This document shows, piece after piece, positions 1 through 12,800 of a DNA stretch of 64,000 bases. The position numbers and the translations under genes were made by a program. Every line of letters starts with the position of its first letter. Within the stretch, counting starts at the first letter, position 1. Below the pieces are notes generated by a model. The model saw only the letters and a list, made by a program, of their open reading frames with translations. It searched no databases and had not been told where the DNA came from. The DNA is from Acanthaster planci (lineage: Eukaryota). The stretch covers positions 5,157,518 to 5,221,517 of the forward strand of contig NW_019091355.1 in assembly GCF_001949145.1 (NCBI RefSeq), read 5' to 3'.

Positions 1-177
1 GCAATCTGTGGAGAAGCTCACTGAATTTTCAAGCTTAACTTGTCACGTTTCGAATTCTGTCCAATTTATCATCACACGATACCAGCGCTAACCAACTGCA
101 TCAATGAGGAGTTCTTACCCACGGGCCAGTACATGAACCCTGCTGACTTCAGTGAATAAAAAAAAAAATGAAACTAA

Positions 178-296
178 GGCCGTGTCCGAAATGGGCTTCC
201 AGAGCTAAAGCTAGGTCTATTGTCTACGCGTCTCCAGGCATTTCCAATGGAGCGAAGACCTAGACCTAGCTCTAAACAAGAGATTTGGATGCGGCC
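178..296. mobile_element. Small MITE, PIF/Harbinger-like termini
   Basis: Imperfect TIR ggccgtgtccgaaat / atttggatgcggcc; flanks taa / tca; internal inverted symmetry. Confidence 0.55.
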
Positions 297-380
297 TCAG
301 TTTTACAAGGAGAATTTTTATGAAGCATGAGAACACCCAGAATTTGGAGAGGAATTTTTAAAAACTTTTTTTGCTCTTAC

Positions 381-447
381 CGGATTGAGTAGGATATCGG
401 TCTGGGCTCTTGATTCCGAACACAGGTATGCCCAGCCCAGGGAGGTA
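381..447 (-). CDS. Candidate additional WDFY3 exon (YLPGLGIPVFGIKSPDRYPTQS)
   Basis: Pyrimidine tract + tag acceptor, gtaaga donor, open in phase 0; no recognised homology. Confidence 0.4.
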
Positions 448-555
448 CTAATATGACAGAGAAAAACACAACAAATGATGGCAGGAAGAGAGAATTACAA
501 AGGTTTGGGAGAACAGAGAAAACATTTGAAATACGTAGAAACCACGAGCAAAAAT

Positions 556-727
556 CAGGGGTGAGATTGACCAATGATAAAAATAGCTGAAAACAGTTGA
601 AAAATGGCATAAAGCTGAACTGTGAAAATCTCCTACACTTTTGTACACAGCCAGTGAGGAAAAAAAAGCTGAAATCCAAAACAAACGAAGCTGAAATTAG
701 CTAAAAAGCTGAGAAATCTCACCCCTG
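556..727. mobile_element. hAT-like MITE
   Basis: TIR caggggtgagatt / aatctcacccctg; internal repeated agctga motifs; imperfect TSD (gcaaaaat / caaaat). Confidence 0.65.
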
Positions 728-841
728 CAAAATGTGGACGGATATTTCTACTGCAGGACACGCTTTGGGGTAAAACCTCACTGTGAACAGAATAAAAAGT
801 GAACCCGAGAAATCTGACAGAGCTAAACGTTTCTAACTTAC

Positions 842-889
842 TTTGATCTCATCGGACGGAGAGGATAATTCACTGCTCTCTTCGCTTGG
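842..889 (-). CDS. WDFY3: WDFY3 coding exon 33 (PSEESSELSSPSDEIK)
   Basis: tag|...AAA|gtaagt; 48 nt, phase 0-0; resembles recalled DDEVGSPAEEFK. Confidence 0.8.
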
Positions 890-3800
890 CTACATATGAA
901 AACAAAAACAACTCGGTTTCAAACATCAGAACATTAATGGCTTGAAACAGTAAATTTACATATAACAGCAACAACTTCGAAACGCTGTTGGTAAAGAATG
1001 TTAGGGGGAAAAAAACCAATATCACATGTATTAGTATCAGTAGAATGGAGAGTAATATGGAATGAGATGTCTGCATGCTCTGTTTACAAAGCAAGCACAG
1101 CTGGGTAATTCCAGAAATTAAGGGTCCAAAAGTGTGACATTTTCGTGTCCCTGTTAATCTGACCTTTGTTATATGACATGGAAATATCACCAGCATTGAT
1201 TTCAAACTATTACTATTTGTTTGGCAGGTAATTTGCATTAATTCATCACTCTCGGAAATTAAAAAATGTGTTGTGAACTTACATAATTATATGTCAGATG
1301 TGACAGGGACACCAAAAAAATGGACCCCTGATTTCTGGAATTACCCAGCTACGAAGAACAAAAACGAGAACAAACACTGTAGATTGCAACTCAACTAATA
1401 TCCAAGGTACTGAACATGATACATGGAGACAAGGACATAAGTAAATGCAAACAGAATCATAACGCAATTGATATGTGATTAACCCTAACCCCCCATGGGT
1501 TGCTGGCTGTAACCTTCCCCATTCACACAAAAATAAACACCCATAGGGGACTTTGTGCACAGAGGCTGGACTTTGTTCTTCTGAGGTGTGCCAAACCCAA
1601 TGCAAAAGCCAGCTGTTATGGGCCTACCAGACCTATCCCCACAGAATTAAACACTTTAGAACTGTTTAATTCTGTGTGGTTGGGGAAGGTTAGGGTTAAT
1701 GTCAAGCCTGTGTGCTGCTACATTGAACACTCTTAGCAATGGACACCAATTTTTTTTTATATTTTTACTTGTAAAAACCACATTCTTCGTAAAGTTGGCT
1801 TGATATTAAATGCAGCATCCAAGAATCCATAAACAGCAAAGGATGCGAAATATTTTAGTTTCCATTAGGAACCCTTTTAAAAAAAAAAAGATCAAGTACG
1901 ACTTACTATGCTTGTGAAGTGAAGGAAAAGAACACTACGCCAATCTAACCACCCATGCTCTGTGTAGTAACTTTGACCTTATATGCCTCCCAGAGTTGCT
2001 TTCTGTTCCTCACCAAGGTTTTTCCCTTTTCTTCAAGAAGCTACAGAGTAGCACACAGATGCACAAGCATACACACTGTGGCCTCTCAACCCTGGTTGAA
2101 CCCACGACTGCCCTGGGTTGAAAATTTGCCCCGCGTTCAACCTGGCATTGTTTCAAACTTGTTTTGTGCAAATCGAACTTATCGGAGCTAGTTCAACCCG
2201 GAAATGAGTGCGAAAAAGTTTCAACCCAGGTTGAAAAATCTCAACCCTGATTGAGTTCAATAGAGGTTGAAATCAACCTTGTGGTTGACTTCGGGGTTGA
2301 AGATTTCCAAGTGTGACTCACCGCCAGTTTTCAACCTTACATCAACCCTGAGATTTGTCTAGTGGGAAAAGGCCAAGCGTAACCAACCATTTCAAAACCT
2401 TGCCCATGACACGGATAGCTGTGGTGAACTTAAATCTGGCTCATTAGTGTAACATTACCTAAGCTTAAACCGTGCCTACTACACACAAACTGTAGCATTG
2501 AAACCACCGCAATTGGAAGCTAACGCAGCTTGTGTGTTCATCCAATGGGAGCTTGTAATCAGTAGTGCATACGTGCACTTTACAAGTCACTAACGAACTG
2601 GACTATTAACCTTCACATCCTCACACCAATATCACTATCCATGACTTCCCTCTGTTTGCCTGTCTGTTTCTGCTGAAACCTCCACCACCATAGCCCTGAC
2701 CTCATGAGCCACAAAAGTTTCAAAAATCTTACTTTTGGCTAGGGATCAACCGATGTACATTTTAACTGCCAATCCGATGTCCGATGTTTAATCAGAACAT
2801 CGGCCGATGTCCGATCCGATCCGATGTTTTTACCGACAAAAACTGAAACGTAACCTTAACCCCTTCGCGCCGGTAATTCTTTTGACCATGACTGCTGGGC
2901 TGTGGTANNNNNNNNNNNNNNNNNNNNNNNNNNNNNNNNNNNNNNNNNNNNNNNNNNNNNNNNNNNNNNNNNNNNNNNNNNNNNNNNNNNNNNNNNNNAG
3001 CCGCGGCTCTTGCCGTCTCCCGGAGCGAAGGGGTTAAGGGGATGTAGGCCTACTAACAACACAAACTCAGTGTACTCCCTTGAAATTTAAAATGTCAGTT
3101 TACACATTACCGGTAATAGGATTAAAATTGCCTTCACAGTCACTGCTGAGAGGATAAATCGTGTAAATTCTGTACATTGATCGCTGCCGTGCACGATACT
3201 GATGTATAGAATAGATCATCGGTTGATCCCTACTTCTGGCATCGCTCTGAGCCCTTAGCAAAGCTCGTACATCCTCAGCACAGCAGACAAGATCAAGCAA
3301 CACAAAACAAGCTCTGCTGCAAACTCATTAATAAGCATGAAATCTGTGGTGCATGTAAGTGACTTGAAATGGCAAATGCATACATACCAGTATGACATAC
3401 TCCTCAACAGGAGAACAGACCTACACAAGGGAGTGGGGGGTAATGGTTGATGAAAAGAACAATACAGGCCATGCGGGGTAACAGGGGAAGGAGGGCAGGG
3501 GGGCGGAGCAGGGCAGAAAGGGGAAGGGGGAGTTTCTCCATGCACCTAAAGACGTTTCTTTCCTGAAGTCAATCTCTTTCATTCCAGATGGAGGGTTACA
3601 AACAGTGCACGGAAGGAAAGCGAATAAAAATCACTTTCTGCACAGAATTCCAATAAATGAGAGAACAGGGGAATGACAGTTGAAGAACTACTGTGAGGTG
3701 ATCATACTTGCAGGGGATAAATGTCTGTGTTAAGTGTGGTGAAGAAAACGTACAAGTGCATCGAGAATGGAAACATCAAAAAAAGTTTGTGGGAAACACC

Positions 3801-6800
3801 AAAAAAGGACCCTGTACACCCTTCCTAAAGCCACACCCAGTATTCCTGAAGTTGGTACCACAGCCTTTGATTGGCCACAAAAAGTATCTTTTCAAACAGG
3901 CTTTTTCTTTAATCATTTGTATACAATGAGGGAACCTGTTACATTTTCATTTTTTTTTCAAATCAGCAATTGAACTGAACGAATGTGTATAGACCCTTTC
4001 CTCCCACGTGACTAAATGTAAACAATACCACCACGTGTGGACCGCCTTGGCCACGGTGATCGCATATATTCCTACGGGCAGCTTCAACCATGTGCAAACG
4101 CTGCATGCTTGATTAGTATATCTTGAATAGGTAGATTACCATCACAGCACTATGCACTCATTACCATCACAACACATCATAGGTCCAGCACGATTGTGAC
4201 ATCACAGGAAAATGGTCTATATCAAACGACTATGCAATATACATGTACACTGGCATACACATTTGTACATAGAAAAGGCTTCAGTCTAACAAGTATCTTT
4301 TTCCTTCTTTCTAACAGCTGAAACATGCATGAGAATAAAAACAAGAGCTTGAAATTTAGATGGAATTACACCGGAGGTGGTTCCCTGAGCTCTGTATTCC
4401 AAGTCACGTCTGAAACCTGCTATGGCTAGGTCTTTCATCAGCTTGCCCTCACGTATTTGCAACCGGCAAAGGCCTAGTCCAGGACACAAGATTCTTACCT
4501 GCTCAGTGTTGGCAGTGTAGGGAAACATGGTGGATGCCAGACCGCACAGGAATGGAGCGCTCATGCAGACTGGCTTGAACTCGGGGAGGTTGTGGTACAA
4601 GTAGAGCAGGAACTGAATGAGAGTGACTGGGTACTCCTGAATCCAGGGAATCTCCTCATCTGGGTCCACGGTCTTTGGGGGGAGGGAGGGGGAATTAGCA
4701 ATGGAGCAGCTTTAAAATGAGTTTCAAGATTTGTCCAAAACATTTTTTAAGGGTTTAAATTAAAGAATTTGACGCAGCGCGGCACAAAAAGCATAACTTT
4801 CGTCAAGTCGCCTTTTTGGAAGCAAGGACTTTTTGGATGAAAAGGCAGATTTTTCTTACACCAAATTAAAGTACTTTTTATGACCAGGTAAAAATTGTAC
4901 TTCTCAAGCTGTTAAATCAATATTTAATCATCTATTTGAGACAATGTATCGAGAACTTCCTAAGCAATACAGTGAAACGCCGCTATACCGAACACCGCTA
5001 TACCGAACATTTAGCATGGACCCCGTCTTGTTCATTATAGCGGCGTTCCACTGTAGTTCACCGATACCAATGTCACTGCCTCAGCATGTATACAACTGAA
5101 TGCTGGACATTTGATGACAGAATATCACCAAACGTAAAATTATCCGAAGGTAAACACAGGAGGCTGCATATCGGCAGGTTATCTACACATTAGCCAGAAC
5201 CATCATGCAAAATTTGATCTCTATTTGAAATACGGCAAACCAACACAAAACAAAACGGTCCGCTCTTTTGACATCACAGTTGTGTTTTTCCTACAAGTGA
5301 CTGCTAAAACTATGGCTGGCCGTCGGTACAAAAATAAAGGAATAATTCACAGAGTGTTACAAATCAAATGCAGCTACCAGAACACCAGATAATAATGAAA
5401 ATACAACCCTATTTAAAATTAATGGGACAAATATCAATTTTAAACGAATCTGAGGTAAAACCGAAAACCAATCAACCAATCCTAACCCGCCGTCAGAAAG
5501 TGTGCTAGTGGGTTGTCGAGGAGCTTTGCCTAACTACGACTTACGTGGTTGAGCATTGCTCTGATCTGAGCCAAGATGACCAGGATCGCGTCCGTGCAGA
5601 TGTTGGTGGGTACTCGGCCAGACAGCGGCTGGTTGGTGGGAACGCCGAATATGAACTGCCACATGGAATTCAGATCCAGCTGTCGGGAAAGCACAGGTGC
5701 CAGACTATAAGCCCGGGGCAGATTTGGTAGGGCCATGCTGATATTGGCATGCCCTGTATACCTTTATTGCTGGTGGTATGTATACATATGCAAAGTAGTG
5801 TACAACCGAATGTGTCCCTTGGCTTCCAGTGTCATATACATGTACATGGAAACTGAATTTAGTTCCCTGATCTTTACGATTCCAACATCCTGAACATCAA
5901 TGTGGTACCCAGCACTGATACAGAGATTTTATACAGCGTATGAGAAGAATGGCACGGGTGTACACAATCATCTGCTCCTCACAGGTATCCATTTATACTC
6001 CTGGGTAAAGACAAGCACTTCGACTAATGTCACATGACGAGGATCACAACATGTAACCAGCCACTGGATCTGAACCCTCCCCACCTCTGACCGAGAGCTA
6101 CAAATATCTGTTTGGTTGCAGATGCAAAACGCAACAGGTGGGCCACATTAACCCTAACCCTCCTCAATCCTTCACCTGTTGGAGGACTGAGGAGTGTTAG
6201 GGTTAAACTCAAAGTAGAAAAATTCCCTACCAACTACATGCATTTCCCTACCTGGCAGTTCTCCGGCAGCTCCCTGACGGGCTGGCCCAGGGACATGGCC
6301 ATGAGCAGGAAGTAGAGTTCGGGCACGCTGGCATGCTTGGGCAGCAGCCACTGTAGCACGGTGAAGCCCGGCATGTGGCAGGCCTCCTGGTTGATCTCAC
6401 GGTTCTGTAGCCCCTTCTTGCCCTTGCCCAGATTGAAACCTGCAACAACGCAGAGAGGGAAAAACTGTGTGTATCTGGCAATCCACCCTTCAGGTTCCTG
6501 GACGGGACATTTGGGGATGCAGAGAAATGAATAATGCATCCAGCACAAAGGTTGAAGCAATGACAACAAAATACCGTGACTTATACGAACTCTTACTAAT
6601 TAAATCTACATGGCACGCTCAATTTCGTGCATGTCAGATGCAATACCTCCTCTACAGCCCCTCCCCCCCGAGAAACCTACCCAGGACCACGCCCATTCTG
6701 TTCTGCAGCACCGCCTCCGTCTTCTCCAGCCAGCCGCCACCGTACGTCCCGTCCCGGAACTTGCCGATGGCCGACTGGCTGTACAGCATGCTGACCAGGA

Positions 6801-9800
6801 TGCGCAGACCCATGATGACCGTGCTGGCGTGGACGTGGCTCTGCATGAAGAGGAGCAGCCAGTCATAGCCCAGGACTTTATGGATCTCCTCGCAGTTGCT
6901 GTCCAGGAGAAAAATACCCAACAATATCCCTTCAATGCGCCGAGAAAGAGATCAAGTATCCACAGCTGCTTCATAGATACTCAGAAGCCTTCACAACAGT
7001 ACCTGATTCTCGACAGACGTGTAAGCCACGGGCTACGACGTGCCTCTGTTACCGTTCATCCAATGGAAGCATCAGAAGTCCTTCTGCACTAACATCAGGC
7101 ATTTCCCACAAACCTTTTCAATCTAAAATGTTTTGTCAGCATAAGCTTAAAATGGTCTCTACTGTCTGTGGCTTTGGACTTTCACCACGGTGTGCTAATG
7201 GAAAAATGTGCAGCCCCAGCCACAAGATGCCTAATTCTGAAAATATGGCTCAACGCCAAAGGCATCAGATCAAATCGGGACACCGGAGATTGACGGGCAT
7301 GAAATAGAAAGAAAAGGACACTTCTGGACCCCGGTCACTGAAAAAGGTCATGTCCACAAGTTATGGCTATGGCCGAGAACAACATGGGGCTACTGAAATT
7401 AATGGCAGTAGTCGCTTCCCATAGACACGCTACATGAAGTCATAGCCAGTTAATTTAATCACATCCAAAGTTGAATGTCTAAGAATGGATAACAGATTTC
7501 AAATCAGTTAAGAATCCTCTACTTTGTTTTGCATTTACCTGGGGCTGATGCTGTGCGAGCTGGGAGCGAAGAGAAGTTTCAAGATGACGTCCAGGAGGAC
7601 GTTCCTCAGGTGGATGTTGTGAGGAGACACGGTCCCTGTCCAGTCCTCCGAAATACTCTCATTGTCTGGGTCAAGAAAAACGCCCCAAAACTTACAAAGG
7701 TGTTGCCATGGAGATGACACAGTGGGGTTTGATTTCATTTATAAAAAATGGTCTCCGAGTTTACTCAGTCACAAGATTTTCACTTGATAATGGTCACAAA
7801 TGTCTGACACAGTGTTCAAACATACACGGCTAATATACTCGCAAAAATAATGTCAGATCTCTTTTCCCAAGTTCTTTGTTTGATTTTTTGTTCACCTCTG
7901 CTTCCTCTCTGCGAGTCGGTGTCCGAGACGAGACACTGGAGTTCATCAAGGGTGACCATCCTCTCGTCTGCTGAGAGATTGGGCAAGGTGGATGCCAGAA
8001 ACTGACCGAACCTGCAACCAAACAACAAAAAGCATGGATTTGACAGTAAATCCAAAATGCATTGGCTCACGGCAGATGGCACAGTATTTGAGTGCAGCTT
8101 GTGACTATAGCACAATCACACCCGTCGGCTAAGGTACTAACGTCCTGCTCCTGGTTCCATGATTCCCATGTCACACTGTGTCAGAGGGCGTGTTTTCAGT
8201 TGCAGCAAGGTCACTCTCGCTAGTCCAATTGGGACATCTGACCTTAAATTGACCCAACCGTGGTGAACACCTTGTTGCCCAACCGAAGCGATTCACATTG
8301 GTGACTTGACAATGCTTTAACTGCTACGGTATGGTGCTTTGAAGATTTGAAGATTCCAGCAGGTGAGATTGATGCAAGTTGACATACAGAGGAAATGTTT
8401 TGAAAGGGTGAAGCATTCCATGTAATGACGCGAATGGGGGATGGCAAGATTTGGTTGTAATTGCGTAATTGCAATGCGTAATTGCTGTGTGAAGGAGCCG
8501 CGTGATGTCCACTTTGTCCCACACTGTGCTACATGCTCCTGTTAATATGCGTCCTCTAATGGTACTTTTGCAATAATGTGAAAGTGCCAGCTCAATATCT
8601 AAATAACATGCGCCCAAAACGAAGGGTGTTTAGGTCAAGGACATTAGTTAGCGCAGATTGGCCTCATCAATTAACCCCGACTCACAAGCATTGACCATGT
8701 TCATACCTACATGGCATCAGTTGCTTTGTTCTTGAATGACTTTGGCTTTCTGAAATACTGAATTGACTCATTTTAACCCACCACCATCACCACGAAGGCC
8801 GACGGTGATCACTTACGACAGCAGGTCAGCGCTGCTGGAGCCCCCCTGCAGCATGACGCTGAGCAGGTTGGCAATGGACTGGATGGTGGCATGGGTCAGG
8901 GTGGGATCCTGGATCATGTACAGCAGCCGGTTGACCATGCGCAGCTGCCGCATCATCTTGCGATTCTTGTCTGCCTCGCTGGAGTCCGTCAGTAGCTCGT
9001 AGAAGTGGTCATAGAGGGAGCGCTGGAGATCATAGGGTGCGTTGTGCCAGACCTACAGTTGGAAAAAGAATGGATCCAATGACAGCGTAATCTCAAACCC
9101 ACCATCTGCACCGACTTCATGACATCTGAACGAGAGGGACTGAGATTCAAGTGTTGTTGAGCGATTACTGTTCACTGGTTATTGCGAACACTACTATCAC
9201 TACTTATGGCTGACTCAAAATTCATGTGAATGCACAAGGAAGCGAATTAGACGTCATAAAACATTTGTAGCCATATGTGCTTGGGTGAAGTGTGAAGTGC
9301 GATTCAACGTCACAATTTGGCATTCATGTTCAATTTCACACCAAGTATAAAACAGCCATTATAGTGAATAAACAACAACGGACTAGCTTGACTGTGTTAC
9401 AGCTCATCAGGAAGAGCTTGTGGGCTTGAATTGTGACCAGGGTGCTTGAAATAAAGTTGTGGAGACTTCGGAGTACCCACGATCACGAGCAAGTGTGAGT
9501 ACTTGGTGGACTACTCCACAGCAAAACTGCCACATCTTGTGGGGCTGATAAACACGAGCACACATTCGTTTGTGGCGAGAGCATTTACTTATGCAACAGC
9601 ATACCACATGGGTGAGTGCAACGCGTTTGCTGTTTGTTGACTTACCAACGACAGAGAAATATCCTTTGTTCCCTGCTTTAACAGATACACGTGGGTATGA
9701 TGCAAAGTTGGTATACTTTGAGTGTGAGGTCCAATACCACATCTTCTAGATTTTGAGTTTGGCACATGGATCCCGAGGCTGCGAAACTTTGCATGAACTA

Positions 9801-12800
9801 CACTTGGTGTCTTGTTGGACTGGAATGAATGGCCATACCTCCAAGTCACACAGGAGGTCCTCAAAGGCCGTCCTGTGAGGGATGATGGTAGTCTCTCTCC
9901 CGCTGTCGATGGTTCCCACCAACGAGAAGGTCAGGTGAAGGATGTGGCTATTGAGGAGATGTTTCTTCCTCTTCAGCAAAAAGGCCAGAATCTGGGAGAA
10001 CGGACGGAACGAAGAGTAAAAAATCATCAGTACGGCCAGGACACAGACAATGCTTTGAAGGGGCTACACTGCTTATCAGGCCAAGACCTTGCATCCAGGA
10101 CTCAGTCCTAAGTTTTTGTTCTTTGTAAACATAAGGCAGTGTCACGTGCTGTATGTACTCTAAAAGATCTTGACCAAGGCTGAACGATGAGGAACTCACT
10201 ACGCAACAGCGCTACTTAGCAAACTTATACACAAGGTAACTGGTTCCCTGCCGTATGAATGACAAAAGTTTTGGCCGGTACCCTGGACTTCCACAGGGGT
10301 GTGCTTTTCTGCTATGGAGGTTCTTCCTAACTGGGGATAAAATCTTACAAAGGATTTGACACTTGAAGAAAACAAACAGGACAACAACATGACAGGAAAT
10401 ATGTAAAGATTGGCAGCACTGGGATATTCTGTGCCTTTCCAAAAGCGTACCACCATCTGACAAAAGACAGGGAAAGTCTATCACAAATTTTTAGTTTTTG
10501 GTAAAACACAAATACCCTAATAATCTGACAATCTTTCCACCTGAAGAAAACAAATTGGTTGAAGAGGACAGACTTCTCTTGCCCATTAATAAATTTTGAA
10601 GTAAAAATAAAAAATAAAAAACCTGATGTGATTTGTAGGATTATCTCACTCACTTGATATCCTCTGGTCCGTTCCATCTCAGCCATAGCTGGCCCGTTGT
10701 TCTTGACCACACAGACCAGCGCCTTGACCGCCGCATACAGGCCTTCCACATCGGTGGACATCGCTATCAGCCCTAGCAGCGGGGCTGACCCCCCAATGTT
10801 TTCCAAGGTGCTGGCTACTGGTTTGGGGCAGAAGGTTCTCACACCTGTGGGAGTGGCCAATTGTGTACGGCAGAGTGAGCAATTGATATCAGTTAATATC
10901 ATGCAATCTGGTAAATCTAACAGGTGCTGCTGAATAGGAGTCTAAATACTATCATCTCAGTTTGCTGGCTTCATGGCAAGATCTGTTTGATTTTCGAATG
11001 AACAGTCTTTGTAAGTGGTCATAGTTTTTACCAATGTTTCCAATGAGCACGGCCCCAAATGACCGTCCACTGCCGCTGAGGTGACAGGCCGAGTTGTGGA
11101 TGATACGGATAGGGGTGGAATTCTCGTGGGTTGACAGGTTCAACTGAAATCAGAAGACAATGAGCACATTACTTGATCAGCGGAATACAGCTACGTCAGC
11201 CATTAGGGCATAGCCACCGACAATTAAAAAGTACATCCTTAAATGGGGTACTTTTCAAAATTCTCTTGTATAGGCTGAACATGTTGGATTTGCTGGCAGT
11301 ACAGAAGACGCATACTGAGGATCTGTGTAGCCAGATGGAGATATCTATACATAGCCAAGTTAAGCTTAACGATAACCAGTTTACCCTTCGTTAGCATACA
11401 ACACTATATTGCATAGTCTACTATACAAGTCATACTGAGTATGAGCAAGAACTTCAACAAATGTTACAACTGTTGGCACTTGTCACCTTGACAGTCCATT
11501 TGGGCTCCAGTTGAATGCAGTTGTTTACCAAACAAACTACTAAGCAGAGAAAAACCTGTTCCGCAAGCACAGGATAACAGCAAAAATGCTTAGTGGGGCA
11601 CGCATTGCTTGCGCTGGTTCCCGGCCACTTTCTGCTTACTACTTCAAGTTGCTAAGTGATATTTCCAACAAAGCAGCCGCATGACGTCTTTTCTTCAGTC
11701 CTGAGGACTGAACATTGACACTACAGAGGTTCAACATCGGGCTGCCTAGTTTGGCTAGAACGGCACTTATGACAGGGCGAGTATATTTGCACAGTCTCAC
11801 CTGTTTGGCCACTGACTTGCTGTCAAACTTGTTGAAAGTCTTTCTGATCTTCGAGATGGTCAGGACGGAGAGGGCGTGGGCGTGGATCCCCAAAACAATT
11901 TTCTCCTCGGGGAGCTGCAGAGCCGCCAGGTCAACCTTCACAGGGCTGAACTCTGCCAGAAAACACAATGAGATTTGCAAGTAGGGCTGTGTCTTGGAAG
12001 ATGTTTGAACTCACTTTTCTGGATATTTTCCCCAAATGGATGCCTTTTGTTAGCAACTACTGCTTCCAATTAAACCCTGAAGCTCTTTGTTTGGCCAAAA
12101 TATTTGGAAGGTTTTTCACTCTTTCTGGAAGACTGTGGCTGTAGGCCTGTTGACATTTCAGCTCAGTTTTGGGGAATTAAGTACAGAACAACTCTGCAAA
12201 GCAAAAATCTAGTTTTGAGGTAAAAATATTAAGAGATAGTAATTGCTAAGGACTGCAATTCCAACCAATTTTTGCTAAGCACATGAATTAAGAAACAGTT
12301 GCTTCACAAGAACAATAGTTTCTCAATAAATGATTGTTCCTGAGTTACATCACAGGAACAATCGTTTCTCAGCAGGATCTACATAAATAATGTGATTGCT
12401 TTGGAAAAGATGTACACCTTTGAACAAACAGACTTTAACCCCTTCACTACGGAGGACTGCTACTACCGCACCACTGTGTGAGGATTAGTGCATACCACAC
12501 ATACNNNNNNNNNNNNNNNNNNNNNNNNNNNNNNNNNNNNNNNNNNNNNNNNNNNNNNNNNNNNNNNNNNNNNNNNACCGTGAAGGGGTTAAGGTCATTT
12601 CCCCCTATAATTATGTTTTAGATTGCATTAAACAGAGCAAACTGAGTTCTTTGTTTTGTTGTATTGCTGAGTTTTGCATCTTGACAAAATTGGATATCAT
12701 GTGAGAGAAACACGCTGAAGTTTCTAACCGCTTGACCTTTGTGAGACTCTTTAAACAACTCCACAGTGGCTGTGGCGACTTGCGACTCATTTTGTTGGAC

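Noticed and set aside
870..1238. Repeated ORF MQITCQTNSNSLK (also at 38529-38723)
   Set aside because: Chance frame within MITE family A, not a gene duplicate.
9400..9810. Possible nested plus-strand gene fragment (gtgagt...ttaacag intron-like segment)
   Set aside because: The flanking frames contain stops and no recognisable protein; insufficient support.
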